DNA from: a virus
DNA length: 64,000 nucleotides
IMG/VR virus record: IMGVR_UViG_3300011113_000500
Span: 4,396 to 68,395 of that record
Strand: one strand, 5' to 3'
Under the pieces are notes generated by a model that was not told where the DNA came from, searched no databases, and worked only from the letters and a program-made list of their open reading frames with translations. The position numbers and the translations under genes are program-made. Below, in pieces: positions 25,660-36,156 of this stretch. The first letter of the stretch is position 1; every line of letters begins with the position of its first letter.

Positions 25660-26223
25660 TTATTTTTTAAAGGCGTCTGGTTTTAATGTAGTTTCTATAT
25701 CCGGAAATGCTTGTTTCAATGCATCTGCATACTCTGAACGTGTTAGTAAGTATTTAATAAATTTATCAACAGCTTCATCTGTTAGGTATCCGGGAACTTC
25801 ATCAGAAGACCCACTGAAACCACGAACTTTGCCAAGTGTAAATTTACCATCTTTATAATCTACTCCCATACTAGCCACCCCTTCGAAACGCGGCGCTGTG
25901 AATTCAAAGTCTATGCCTGGTTTATTTGCTCCGCTAATAGCTTTCAAAAAAGATTTACCTAGTTTTTTAAAAAATCCACTATCTTCCTTATCCTGAACAT
26001 CGTCTTTTGGTAAATACGTCCGTACGTTAGTTAACTTGGCATTAAATTTAGCAGCTTTGTTAAGCAAAGGATAATAGTTTATCCAAATTAAAAATTCGTC
26101 TGGAGCTGATGACGCTTTTTCATCTTCCGCTTCCGTACTATTTTTATAAACAATATCCGATTTTTCTAAAAGATGTTGTTTTTTAACAACATGTTCTGGT
26201 ATTAAAGTTTTTAATTTTATCAT
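25660..26223 (-). CDS. Hypothetical protein, possible internal head protein
   Basis: N-terminal MIKLKTLIPE leader. Confidence 0.6.
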   Translation of the reverse strand: MIKLKTLIPEHVVKKQHLLEKSDIVYKNSTEAEDEKASSAPDEFLIWINYYPLLNKAAKFNAKLTNVRTYLPKDDVQDKEDSGFFKKLGKSFLKAISGANKPGIDFEFTAPRFEGVASMGVDYKDGKFTLGKVRGFSGSSDEVPGYLTDEAVDKFIKYLLTRSEYADALKQAFPDIETTLKPDAFKK

Positions 26224-26247
26224 AAAATTTCCATTTTACTTATTTAT

Positions 26248-27291
26248 TTATCCTTCTATTTTCATGTCCTTAGCATCTTTCATATCGTCCTTCGCCGAAT
26301 CGATCATAGCTTTACCTTGTTCTATTTTAGCCTTTGCAGCATCTATTGCAGCATCTTGTTCTTCTTTAGAAGCTTCTTCTAGTTCGTCTTCATCATCATC
26401 CCAATCTTCATCATTCCAATTTGGATCGGTTTTACCAAGATAAAAATCGTCTTCATCATCCATATCAACTACATCAAAGTCATCCATATCATCAGTATAT
26501 TCTTCATCATCTATCGGAGCTAATTGATCTATAGTTTTTATTAAAGAATCTCCAGGCGAATATGTATCGCCGTTGTTAGTAACCGAATACTTAACAACCT
26601 TACCAATTTCTCCAGGTAAATCCATTATCTTTTGCACAATACCCATTGAGCCGTAATGCATACATCCCGGATTGATGTTTTGGATCATATCACCTACTTG
26701 GATTGTATATGGTTCAGATACATCAGAAACATTCAAATCTTCTTCAACTTTTTTAGGAAGACCTTTATGTTTAGTACCCGCAAATTTTTCTAGGTCTTTT
26801 TCTGACATAGCATCAGCCACTTTAACAATAGCTTTGTTAACATCGTCTTTTGCAGTATCACCACGCTTTACACTTAAAGCAGTTCCAAAGAACTTTTGTT
26901 GTTGTTGTGATAGTGCCTTTTCTACCAATGATTTAAGTTTCATATTTTGTTTTCCTTCGAATGGATTTTTTTTACCCTCACCTTCCTTCTCTTCTTTATC
27001 TTTCTTTTCTTCTGGTTCTTTTTTTGCGCCAGGCACTTCATCTTCTGAAGCTTTTTTGAATGTCTCTAAATCAACATGTTGATTGCCAACTAATAAATGG
27101 TCTATTAGTTTATAGTCAAATGATTCCATTTCACCGTCGGTATTCATACCAAATCCAACGTCATTATCTTCTACATCATCCGTATCGGTGATAGTCAAAT
27201 ATCCGCCATCGACATATACCTTTACAGGCATACCTGTCATAACGAATTGACTTATAGTAATGTTATCAAAATATTCTGGTGTTTCTGCCAT
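26248..27291 (-). CDS. Acidic multidomain protein with DUF3008-like segment
   Basis: SQQQQKFFGTALSVKRG...LEKFAGTKHKGLPKKV; internal MKLKSLVE. Confidence 0.65.
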   Translation of the reverse strand: MAETPEYFDNITISQFVMTGMPVKVYVDGGYLTITDTDDVEDNDVGFGMNTDGEMESFDYKLIDHLLVGNQHVDLETFKKASEDEVPGAKKEPEEKKDKEEKEGEGKKNPFEGKQNMKLKSLVEKALSQQQQKFFGTALSVKRGDTAKDDVNKAIVKVADAMSEKDLEKFAGTKHKGLPKKVEEDLNVSDVSEPYTIQVGDMIQNINPGCMHYGSMGIVQKIMDLPGEIGKVVKYSVTNNGDTYSPGDSLIKTIDQLAPIDDEEYTDDMDDFDVVDMDDEDDFYLGKTDPNWNDEDWDDDEDELEEASKEEQDAAIDAAKAKIEQGKAMIDSAKDDMKDAKDMKIEG

Positions 27292-27322
27292 ATGTTATCC
27301 AATTTAATATAAATATCTATGA

Positions 27323-27658
27323 TTACATAAAGACTTGTATACAAACAATAACTACCGCTAATAATAAACATATGAAAGTTTTCATCGTTAACGGCTCATT
27401 AAACAAGGCCATTGACATTGTAGTAAACACAATTATTCCAATTGCAAATCCTATCAGTCGACTCGGCCATAATTCTCCAGCGCTAGCTAATACTAGATAC
27501 TTTGTAGATTGCATGTACAACCAAGCTAATGGCACTCCCATTAGTATTACGAGCCAAGTGTGATCCTTGAAGGTTTGATATTTAACATATCCTTGTATTT
27601 GAATAAAGGTTAGTATTTGGGCTACTAAGCCATATATAAACCCAATAATATAGTTCAT
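27323..27658 (-). CDS. Small 4-TM membrane protein (DMT/SMR-like)
   Basis: Four hydrophobic segments, FNEPLT motif. Confidence 0.6.
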   Translation of the reverse strand: MNYIIGFIYGLVAQILTFIQIQGYVKYQTFKDHTWLVILMGVPLAWLYMQSTKYLVLASAGELWPSRLIGFAIGIIVFTTMSMALFNEPLTMKTFICLLLAVVIVCIQVFM

Positions 27659-27912
27659 GATTTAATGATTAAAAGCTTTAAGTCTCCCGTGCCTTTTATA
27701 ACACGGTGTATACGCTCTTTTTGAATGAAAATAGGTTTATCAAAACCAATTGGTAGTTCATTGTCAAATTGAAATTGCCAATCCGTTGTATGTAGTGCTT
27801 CAATTGTACGATCCTCAGCATCCCGATGCCATATAAGATCCATTTCATCTATACTTGATTCGAACAAACGATAAGATAAATTTGCTAGTGTAACTTCTTT
27901 ATAAGGTTTCAT
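27655..27912 (-). CDS. Cupin-like small protein
   Basis: WHRDAEDR...WQFQFDNELP...IHRVIKG. Confidence 0.55.
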   Translation of the reverse strand: MKPYKEVTLANLSYRLFESSIDEMDLIWHRDAEDRTIEALHTTDWQFQFDNELPIGFDKPIFIQKERIHRVIKGTGDLKLLIIKS

Positions 27913-27927
27913 TGTAATTTTCTACTA

Positions 27928-28680
27928 TTAACGATATGTTATTGTCGATGGCCCTAAAGCACATGAAAGTGCAACTGAACATGAAACTTGGAATATCATA
28001 TAAGGATATTGTATTACTGGCGCTGATACTCCGTAATACCCGATTTGTGATTCGCCTGTATAACTTGATATTAATCTATCGGAGTTAGCATTTGTATTTC
28101 CAGCCAATCCTCTTATATAATAAGTTGTTGTTCCAGTTTCAGTGTCATTGAAATTAGATGTAAAGAATGTTCTTTCTATATGATACTTGGTATTGGCAGA
28201 GCTAGTAAAATTATATGTAGCTAATAAAGTATCAAGGGTTGTTCCATTGGAAGAGGCATATAACGCAGATGCAATAATAGCTCCAGGCGCATATCCAGAT
28301 GTTATTATTGATAAATCTAACCAATAGTTTCTATCTACATTGATGATATTATGACTGAAGAGTGTTGTTCTCCCAGCACCGACCCAGCCATCTTCACCGA
28401 CTGTCTGTGATAACACCCCTCCGAATGTTAAAATAGATGGAATATACAGTCCAGGTGTGACATATGATGCTGTCGCAGCAGTACCTTGTAATGAGCCTGT
28501 TATTCCGCCAGTAACAGTTAGAGATCCGGTAATGGCTTGGGAACCAGTATTAAAGACTAAGCTATCGGTTATGTTAATGAGATTGTTTCTCACAATAGCT
28601 GCTGTAATAGCGCCGGTTGTGTTATCTGCTATTTGCGTATTAATGGCAGATTGTAATGTACTTTTGTTTTGTTGTGACAT
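27928..28680 (-). CDS. Probable virion structural/fibre protein
   Basis: Thr/Ser/Gly-rich; ITGSLTVTGGITGSLQGTA. Confidence 0.6.
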   Translation of the reverse strand: MSQQNKSTLQSAINTQIADNTTGAITAAIVRNNLINITDSLVFNTGSQAITGSLTVTGGITGSLQGTAATASYVTPGLYIPSILTFGGVLSQTVGEDGWVGAGRTTLFSHNIINVDRNYWLDLSIITSGYAPGAIIASALYASSNGTTLDTLLATYNFTSSANTKYHIERTFFTSNFNDTETGTTTYYIRGLAGNTNANSDRLISSYTGESQIGYYGVSAPVIQYPYMIFQVSCSVALSCALGPSTITYR

Positions 28681-28692
28681 GGTTTAATTTTA

Positions 28693-28914
28693 TTAGTTAA
28701 AGGCGTTTGAGAATGCACTAGAAAAAGCTCTAACAGAAGGAGTTGAAGCTCCACTACTGCCAGCCGCTAATTGCTGTAATTGATAATCGCGTAATAAATA
28801 TTCCTGAAGTAACTGCTGTTGATAATGATCATAAGCACGTTTTTGCTCCAGTAACGGTAAATTTCTAATATGATTTAGTCTAACAAATTCAGACCATAAC
28901 ATTGACGGATACAT
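28693..28914 (-). CDS. Hypothetical protein
   Basis: 73 aa ORF ending AFSSAFSNAFN. Confidence 0.55.
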   Translation of the reverse strand: MYPSMLWSEFVRLNHIRNLPLLEQKRAYDHYQQQLLQEYLLRDYQLQQLAAGSSGASTPSVRAFSSAFSNAFN

Positions 28915-28938
28915 ATGTATATATTTTTATTTATTTTA

Positions 28939-29505
28939 TTACCAGTAAGTGCTCATGTTAGACCCCATACCTAAGCCTTTTGCATATCTAGGTAAATTGC
29001 ATGCCCAGTAGCCTGCCTTAGTACGATCTTTCTTTTTATCACATTGATGACGTGCAGCAAAAGCTTTTCTTGCTTCTGGATTACGTATTTTAGCGCTCAA
29101 TCCGGTAGTATCTCCAAACGATATCTTTTTAACGTTGCCTGTCTTAGGATTCTTCACATAAACGTAATACTTACGACTACCACCACGTTTAGGTTTATTA
29201 AGATCAACGTCTTTACCTTGATATTCAGCTTCATTCATGTTTTCAATCATAGGTAAATCTAAAGGAACCATTACTCCTTCGTATAGAGCAAATTCTCCTA
29301 TATCGGTGCCTAGTACTTCCTGATCATATACATCGGCTTCTAGTTTACCTTCACGTAATAATCGTTTAGCTTCTAACATTAACATGCAGTATGCAGAAGA
29401 TCCGTATCGGAATACATTGTCATGTATTGATATCTTGTTATTGATATGATATCTTAAATTTTCTGATATCACTATCTCATTGAGTATGTTGCCTAATTTT
29501 ACCAT
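28939..29505 (-). CDS. Phage protein with acidic N-half and basic C-half
   Basis: EAEYQGKDVDLNKPKRGG...FAARHQC...AGYWAC. Confidence 0.7.
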   Translation of the reverse strand: MVKLGNILNEIVISENLRYHINNKISIHDNVFRYGSSAYCMLMLEAKRLLREGKLEADVYDQEVLGTDIGEFALYEGVMVPLDLPMIENMNEAEYQGKDVDLNKPKRGGSRKYYVYVKNPKTGNVKKISFGDTTGLSAKIRNPEARKAFAARHQCDKKKDRTKAGYWACNLPRYAKGLGMGSNMSTYW

Positions 29506-29657
29506 CGAATATAAATATTACTTATGTTTATTACTACGAGGCTTTTGTTTAGGTAGTTCATCGTGTTCCGTACGTATACGTTTTTTCATCTTTTGCTTTT
29601 TGATAGGTTCATCATCTTCGTAACTATCAATCTGATTAGGATGGATCTTTGCCATGA

Positions 29658-29906
29658 TTAATTTGGAATTCTGACTTTAAGTTTTGAAATTGCATCTAAA
29701 AACTCTTCTGCGGTTAGATGCTTACCGCGATCCGTAACAATATCGATATGATTAATAATATCATGTTCAGTGTCTATAATTTTTTTAAGTACTTTAAAAC
29801 CGCTAGCGGCCCAAAAGACTCCAAATCCATTATCTTCGCCTAATTGCCTATCATCTTTAATAACATCGTTCATTGTATCATCTGGAAATAGAATAAAATA
29901 TCTCAT
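29658..29906 (-). CDS. Hypothetical protein
   Basis: 82 aa ORF. Confidence 0.6.
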   Translation of the reverse strand: MRYFILFPDDTMNDVIKDDRQLGEDNGFGVFWAASGFKVLKKIIDTEHDIINHIDIVTDRGKHLTAEEFLDAISKLKVRIPN

Positions 29907-30757
29907 TTATTATAAATATTTAATGATTTTATATAATCCTCTACATTTTCTGTCGGATGCCATCCTAGAATATCGTTAGCCGTTGTATCTGTACATAACG
30001 TTTCTTGAGCCTCGCCGGGTTTATCTTCCATATATTCTATATTTGTTACTCCGTACATATTAGCAATATCACGTACTGAATAATTCTTACCACGGCCTAA
30101 TTCAAATTCATATCCCCAAGCATCTCGTTCATATACTTTAATTAATGCATCTACAATATCATGTACATGTGTAAAGTCTCTACGTTTAGAGCCGTCGCCG
30201 TATATTATTAACGACTTTCCTTCCTCTATTCGTTTCTCCCATGCGCCTAATAAAGTACAGTACCCACCTTCCTTTAAATGATATGGGCCATAAACATTAT
30301 AAAATCTAGCTATACTAGCTTTTAAATTATAATGTATTTGAAATAGTTTGATAATTTCTTCACCTACATCTTTGCTAAAAGTATATGGATTTTTAAATTT
30401 ACCTGAATGGTGTGAACTGCTACCGGCATACACTAATGGTATTTCATTTTCCGCACACCATTTTGCTAACTTCATTGTAGCGTTTGCATTTGTGGTAAAA
30501 TATAGTTCCGGATCTGAGAATGATGGCTGTATCCTTGCGGTTGCCGCTAAATGATATACTACATCGAATCTTCCGTATCCGGAATAGTTACTTACATTAC
30601 GTATATCAAACTCAATATACTGACACCCTTTTTGATGATTTGATTTAAGTCCAGTATGATAATTATCAAAAGACACTACCGTATGCCCTTCAGACAATAA
30701 TCTTTTAATTAGATTCGTACCTACAAATCCAGCTCCGCCTGTTACTAGTATGTTCAT
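29903..30757 (-). CDS. NAD-dependent sugar epimerase/dehydratase
   Basis: TGGAGFVG, YxxxK (YTFSK), RFYNVYGP. Confidence 0.92.
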   Translation of the reverse strand: MNILVTGGAGFVGTNLIKRLLSEGHTVVSFDNYHTGLKSNHQKGCQYIEFDIRNVSNYSGYGRFDVVYHLAATARIQPSFSDPELYFTTNANATMKLAKWCAENEIPLVYAGSSSHHSGKFKNPYTFSKDVGEEIIKLFQIHYNLKASIARFYNVYGPYHLKEGGYCTLLGAWEKRIEEGKSLIIYGDGSKRRDFTHVHDIVDALIKVYERDAWGYEFELGRGKNYSVRDIANMYGVTNIEYMEDKPGEAQETLCTDTTANDILGWHPTENVEDYIKSLNIYNK

Positions 30758-31974
30758 AACTTAATTAATTCATGTTCATATGTTTTTACATGTAAAATAG
30801 TAATTTTAAAACAATCGATATGATACTCTCCACATACTTCGTCTATATCTACATCTTTAATTGTTTGTGCTATTACATGCGATAAATTTTGTATGATATC
30901 GAAAGATCCTTGAGTAAATTTGTTAGCATCAAACTCAACTATTATATCATTTTCCGCATATGGATCGTTTTCTTTTTTGATAAGTACGCGAGTACGTAGA
31001 TCAAACTTAGTATTACTCTGCTCCATTTCAATATAGTCTTGTAGTCTACCTATACTGAATACTTCTTCTGTATATATTCTATCACACCATGGTTCTAGGG
31101 CCTGTAACAGACTAAGGTTGCCGTTATTCATTACAAATGCTACATTATATTTAGGCGGTATTATAGGTTTCATTAAAGCGTCATGTTGTACAAAATGTCC
31201 CCATTTACGAATAAAGTTTCGACTACTACGTACATTTTGAGCTTCCCATTCTGTACTATTTTTACCTGGTGTAGTTAACGTAGGATTAAATCTACTTCCG
31301 CGGCATGTCATATGATATACACATCCTTTCCATGTTTGGATGAACTTAACTCCATTTAATTGAAATCTATTAAAGATATCACTATCTTCTTTACTCTGCG
31401 GTGCATATAACGGATCATGTCCGCCTATTTCTTGGAAGTCAGCTTTCATAAATGCCCATGGAGCAAATATGCCTTCTGTTATAGTATTTCCTTTGAAACT
31501 ATCAACCGACGAGAACCATTCCAAAAATTCTCCTTCATTAAAATCTTCAGGCTCAACTCCCCAATCTGCTAATACTTTCTCAGGCCCGTCTGGATGTAAT
31601 GGCGGCTCGATTCTTGTTAATGATACAATTTTTTTAGAACCTATATGTTTTTCAATCTCATCTATTGCGCCCGGGCATAGATACATATCTGCATGATATA
31701 TCATACATACGTCATAACTAGCCACTTCATTGACCAATCTATCATATAAAATAGTATGCCCCAAACGTTCCGGGCCTTCGTTGCGAATACATTTAAAGTT
31801 AGTATCACCGCCTTCTAAAACTTGTTGACACCATTCCCATGTGCCGTCAGTACTAGCATCATCGGCTACGCATATCTCTACGATATGTTCGCCTTGATTG
31901 TCTCTAATTGCTTGATATGCCCATTTAAGGTATTTCAAGTTATTTCTTGTTGGTTGTATTATTGATATGTTCAT
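30754..31974 (-). CDS. Glycosyltransferase family 2
   Basis: VADDASTDGT, HADM, IGGHD, EDSD. Confidence 0.85.
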   Translation of the reverse strand: MNISIIQPTRNNLKYLKWAYQAIRDNQGEHIVEICVADDASTDGTWEWCQQVLEGGDTNFKCIRNEGPERLGHTILYDRLVNEVASYDVCMIYHADMYLCPGAIDEIEKHIGSKKIVSLTRIEPPLHPDGPEKVLADWGVEPEDFNEGEFLEWFSSVDSFKGNTITEGIFAPWAFMKADFQEIGGHDPLYAPQSKEDSDIFNRFQLNGVKFIQTWKGCVYHMTCRGSRFNPTLTTPGKNSTEWEAQNVRSSRNFIRKWGHFVQHDALMKPIIPPKYNVAFVMNNGNLSLLQALEPWCDRIYTEEVFSIGRLQDYIEMEQSNTKFDLRTRVLIKKENDPYAENDIIVEFDANKFTQGSFDIIQNLSHVIAQTIKDVDIDEVCGEYHIDCFKITILHVKTYEHELIKL

Positions 31975-31980
31975 ATTTTT

Positions 31981-32916
31981 TTATTTAAATACATTATGTA
32001 TTGTTTCATATAATTTACTATAATCACGATATCCACGTGCCAGTATGTCATCTTTTTTATCGATTATCGGATATATTGGAGCATTTGATAGTTTCTTGAA
32101 ATATGAATCTCCTTCGAAGTATCCAGGACGTATATCACCTGATGTATTAACATAGATTACAACCGGCATACCGAAGTAACTACATAAAATACTAGAACCT
32201 CCTCCCATTGATATGAATCCGGATGCTCTAGAATATATCTTTAATTGAGACTCATTATATGTACCTGGTATACTTGTTACAATATCATCAAATAGATATG
32301 CATTGTCTAACATTTCAATCAATTGATAATCCGTAATGATACCTACACCCTCAACATTTGCTGATATGTTCGGATTAACTAACTCATTCGGGTCAGTAGC
32401 AAACTCAGTATTTTTAGGTCGTTTATATATAACAGAATAACCCTTTTCGGTTAAGTATGTAATGATATTATATAAGGATTCTATATCAAAATATCCTACC
32501 GGTGATACCCCATGTTCTAGATTATAACGATTTGATATCACAATAAAATTATCTGGTAATTCTAACGATGCATCAAAATACTTAGTTTTATAATCCGGAG
32601 CTATCCATTTTGAATAATCTAAACATCCATTCATTTCATATTGTTCAGCTTCAGTTAGTTCCGAATAATCTTTACCTGTCAATGCTATAGCATTATGATG
32701 TATCCATGTATTCGGCAAATTCTGCACTCCATTAGTTCTGTTATCTACACTACGTTTAGAATATCGCTCTTCAACATCATCTGTAAAGAAATAAAAAGGC
32801 TTCATATCTGTACATGTGATCACTTTTTCTAACATGCCATGTTGTTTCAGCCAATTAGCATATGGAATTGAACAAACTAATTCATATCCAAATTCTGGGT
32901 ACACATCAATTGTCAT
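31981..32916 (-). CDS. Glycan-modifying protein, GT-B-like
   Basis: EFGYEL...FISMGGG; lies within the glycan island. Confidence 0.45.
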   Translation of the reverse strand: MTIDVYPEFGYELVCSIPYANWLKQHGMLEKVITCTDMKPFYFFTDDVEERYSKRSVDNRTNGVQNLPNTWIHHNAIALTGKDYSELTEAEQYEMNGCLDYSKWIAPDYKTKYFDASLELPDNFIVISNRYNLEHGVSPVGYFDIESLYNIITYLTEKGYSVIYKRPKNTEFATDPNELVNPNISANVEGVGIITDYQLIEMLDNAYLFDDIVTSIPGTYNESQLKIYSRASGFISMGGGSSILCSYFGMPVVIYVNTSGDIRPGYFEGDSYFKKLSNAPIYPIIDKKDDILARGYRDYSKLYETIHNVFK

Positions 32917-33625
32917 AGTAATATTCCTTTAACTGTTTTAACTGTTCATCTATATCAATTGTTTTGATATGCGGTATTAAACATTTATCAATACCTTTAT
33001 CAACTGGTATAATATCGATACGTTTATTAAATATTTGCGATATGAATTGTAACAATGAATGTTTAGATATGCAGTTTCCAGATACTATCGTCTCTACATT
33101 ATATCTATCCCAATCTGACATCAAACATTCACATTGTTTAGCCCATTCATATGTAGTAATACCATTCCACATAGCTTGTGTATATCCATTACACGAATCA
33201 TCGTTAGTATTTAAAAACCATTCGAGTAAACTTTTCTTATCACGCAGCTCCGGTCCGATTATCGAACTTTTTATAATCTTCGTACGTTTACCATGTAATA
33301 CAATATAATCGCGAGATACTTTTTTAGACAATCCATAATCATCGTTATCCATTTCACAGTCAGTACCAGGATGTATAATTCTAGCATTTGAATTCATATC
33401 TAGCCAAGTCGGTAACATCGAGTTAACATTAAAGTCAGATGTTTTTTGCGGTATTGCGCCTATAGCATTAATAATAAAATCTCCAGAAAAATTTTCTACG
33501 GCTGACATAAATTCCTTTGAAGGGAATCTACTATCTATTGTAGATATATCATGGCCTTTATCTTTAAAATACTTTACAAGCATATGGCCTAACATGCCAT
33601 TATGACCTAGGATTAAAATATTCAT
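32906..33625 (-). CDS. NDP-4-keto sugar reductase (RmlD-like SDR)
   Basis: GHNGMLG, TDC, YGLSK, SIIGPEL, WNGIT. Confidence 0.8.
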   Translation of the reverse strand: MNILILGHNGMLGHMLVKYFKDKGHDISTIDSRFPSKEFMSAVENFSGDFIINAIGAIPQKTSDFNVNSMLPTWLDMNSNARIIHPGTDCEMDNDDYGLSKKVSRDYIVLHGKRTKIIKSSIIGPELRDKKSLLEWFLNTNDDSCNGYTQAMWNGITTYEWAKQCECLMSDWDRYNVETIVSGNCISKHSLLQFISQIFNKRIDIIPVDKGIDKCLIPHIKTIDIDEQLKQLKEYYYDN

Positions 33626-34532
33626 AACTACTTAAAATATTATTTAATTCATTCTTTTCAACAACTACTTTATCACTAGAAAAATCTGTGAATGGTAAAC
33701 TTTCGTTATATACATCTTTATAGTGCATGATATAATATCCGTTATTTGTTTTTACCCTAGGAGCCTCTTCTATAGAAAACATTGATTCATGAATTTTTTC
33801 TGAAATACGTGGCACTCCTATTTCGTATTCTAGTCCGAATAATTCACGATAGATTTCAAACAAATCTATGATTCTAAATGCTTTTACATCTGGTATTACG
33901 TTATATCCTGTCAATGTCAATGCATGTTCTATCAAATCAACAGCCTGTTCCGCAGTTATCATAAATCTAGTCATTTCGGTTGAATATACTTTCAATTTAT
34001 ACTTTTTACGTATAGCATCCCATATTAATGGAATCACACTTCCGGTAGAATTCAATACATTACCATATATCGCTGAAGATAATAGTACATTTGATTTCTC
34101 TGCATTTACAATAAAAGATTCGCCGGCTACAAATTTCATTGCACCGTACAATGTAGTAGCGGCTCTAGATTTATCCGTTGATACAAAGCATGCGGCTGAA
34201 AAATCATTTTCTTCTGCGACACGTCTCGAATTAACAGCTCCATTAATAATAGTTTGTACGCCTTCTTCTATGTTCTGATCGACTGCCTCGATCTGTTTTA
34301 ATGACGCAGCAAAAATACCAATGTCATGCCCTTTCGATGCTCGCTTCATTAAATCAAAATTACGCACATCTCCTATCACACAATTGATATTAGGAAATTC
34401 TTTTTTAAGATAATAATGTTTAGCTTCGTCACGACTATAAATAGTAATTTCATTATCGTTATAGTAACGATCTATCAAACTACGTCCAAGGAATCCAGCT
34501 CCTCCAGTAATAAAAATTTTCTGATTTTTCAT
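33600..34532 (-). CDS. UDP-GlcNAc 4,6-dehydratase-like (PseB/FnlA/CapD family)
   Basis: SRDEAK, GDVRN, STDKS, YGAMK, YGNVLNSTGSVIP, MTRF, EKIHE. Confidence 0.85.
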   Translation of the reverse strand: MKNQKIFITGGAGFLGRSLIDRYYNDNEITIYSRDEAKHYYLKKEFPNINCVIGDVRNFDLMKRASKGHDIGIFAASLKQIEAVDQNIEEGVQTIINGAVNSRRVAEENDFSAACFVSTDKSRAATTLYGAMKFVAGESFIVNAEKSNVLLSSAIYGNVLNSTGSVIPLIWDAIRKKYKLKVYSTEMTRFMITAEQAVDLIEHALTLTGYNVIPDVKAFRIIDLFEIYRELFGLEYEIGVPRISEKIHESMFSIEEAPRVKTNNGYYIMHYKDVYNESLPFTDFSSDKVVVEKNELNNILSSYEYFNPRS

Positions 34533-34544
34533 ATGATGAATATA

Positions 34545-35438
34545 TTAAAGATTATTCGTAAAATCTAATTTTGTGATCACTTTGTTATTATAAATTGGTT
34601 TAACAAATGTCTCAGAATCATGATCTGGCAATCGACCCCATTTATTAATAAACTTCTGCATATTATTTTGTTCTGATACTTGTTGTCGACTCGACTTCGA
34701 AGTTAGTTTATCTTTCGCCTCATCACGAAAATGACTGCCGCGCGCACTGAAATGATATACTACTGACTTGCTAGTCATTTGAAATTGATAGCCTTCTAAT
34801 TGCATACGTATGAATAAATCCATATCCTCCCAACTAGCAGGAGCAAATAATGGATCATTGCCGCCGATGTACACATAGTCATCTTTACGACAAAAGAATC
34901 CTGCACCTCCGCCTTTACGAACAGATATATCATTAGTATTAGAAAATTCTAACGCCCATTGATCAAAATATTTGCTATCAAAATCATTATGATATGCTCC
35001 GAATTCTTCTTTGGGCACAAATATCGTACCGGGACGATATTCTGGATCGTTAGGAAATATCTTTGGTTGTATTCTAAAGGATGATGCTATAAGTCTAGTG
35101 TTAGGATCTAGTCCTTCGTATAACTTAAGTAATTCTAAATCTTGATTAGGTGCAATCCACATATCAGAATGAATAATATTGACAAATTTTGTTTGTGCCA
35201 TATCTACGCATATATTCATTCCACCGCCGATTCCCTTTTCATATTCATTTGATTCGATTCGATACGTTAACTTTAGCTTATCCGCATTCTGCTCTAACCA
35301 TTCATTAGTTCCGTCCGTACAATTTTCTGCGTAAACAACAATAGGTTGTTCTTTATAAAATGCATTCTGCCGTACAGATTGAATCGCTAACTTAAGATAT
35401 TCTAAATTATTATTTGTAGATATGCAAGTAGTAATCAT
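34545..35438 (-). CDS. Glycosyltransferase family 2
   Basis: ENCTDGT, HSDM, IGGND, WEDMD. Confidence 0.85.
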   Translation of the reverse strand: MITTCISTNNNLEYLKLAIQSVRQNAFYKEQPIVVYAENCTDGTNEWLEQNADKLKLTYRIESNEYEKGIGGGMNICVDMAQTKFVNIIHSDMWIAPNQDLELLKLYEGLDPNTRLIASSFRIQPKIFPNDPEYRPGTIFVPKEEFGAYHNDFDSKYFDQWALEFSNTNDISVRKGGGAGFFCRKDDYVYIGGNDPLFAPASWEDMDLFIRMQLEGYQFQMTSKSVVYHFSARGSHFRDEAKDKLTSKSSRQQVSEQNNMQKFINKWGRLPDHDSETFVKPIYNNKVITKLDFTNNL

Positions 35439-36154
35439 ATTTCTTTTTCCCAATCAATTAATTTAGTAAGCCAATATGATTCCCCATGTGTTGAATATCC
35501 CGGTAGAGGACTTATCAAACGTCTGCCTTTAGCTCCTAATTCTAAAAACATAGAGAAATCATATGGATGTCCTTGCTTTTGTCCGGTTTCTGGGTGATAA
35601 CCGTTTGTAAATTTACGTATGATATCTTCATCATCTTTCAGTGTACCTGCCAATGCCGCAAAGGTCATTGTAGTTGAATTTGTGATTTTCCAATGACATG
35701 AGTTTGTAAGAAACACACGCGTCTCTTCACTATTATCCTTACATAACTTATTACCTCCTAGATTTCTTGGCATATACTTATCTGGATGATCATATAAGGT
35801 AACATAATCTACATTTAACATAAAAGCTTCTTTTAATGCCTTATCTGCTCCAGTACGATGTATATAATCATTTTCTACAAAGTATACCAACGTATCATCT
35901 GATAATTTTAAAGCTTCTTCAAACGCTAACGTAAACGTACCGGCGCCGTTGCCTATTTTACATTGAATGATATTTTCATTTGCTATATATGTACGAATCA
36001 TATTAAGCGTAGCATCGCTGACATTATCAGCTATAATTGTTATATCATTACTACCGAAATGCTTAGTAAAGTTACGTAAACAATTTTCGTTATTAATATA
36101 CGATGGCTTTACTTTATTGTAACCGCCATCAGATATTCTATAATAAACTTTCAT
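35435..36154 (-). CDS. GT-A fold glycosyltransferase-like protein
   Basis: IIADN, YFVENDYIH, LYDHPDKY. Confidence 0.65.
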   Translation of the reverse strand: MKVYYRISDGGYNKVKPSYINNENCLRNFTKHFGSNDITIIADNVSDATLNMIRTYIANENIIQCKIGNGAGTFTLAFEEALKLSDDTLVYFVENDYIHRTGADKALKEAFMLNVDYVTLYDHPDKYMPRNLGGNKLCKDNSEETRVFLTNSCHWKITNSTTMTFAALAGTLKDDEDIIRKFTNGYHPETGQKQGHPYDFSMFLELGAKGRRLISPLPGYSTHGESYWLTKLIDWEKEI

Positions 36155-36156
36155 TT

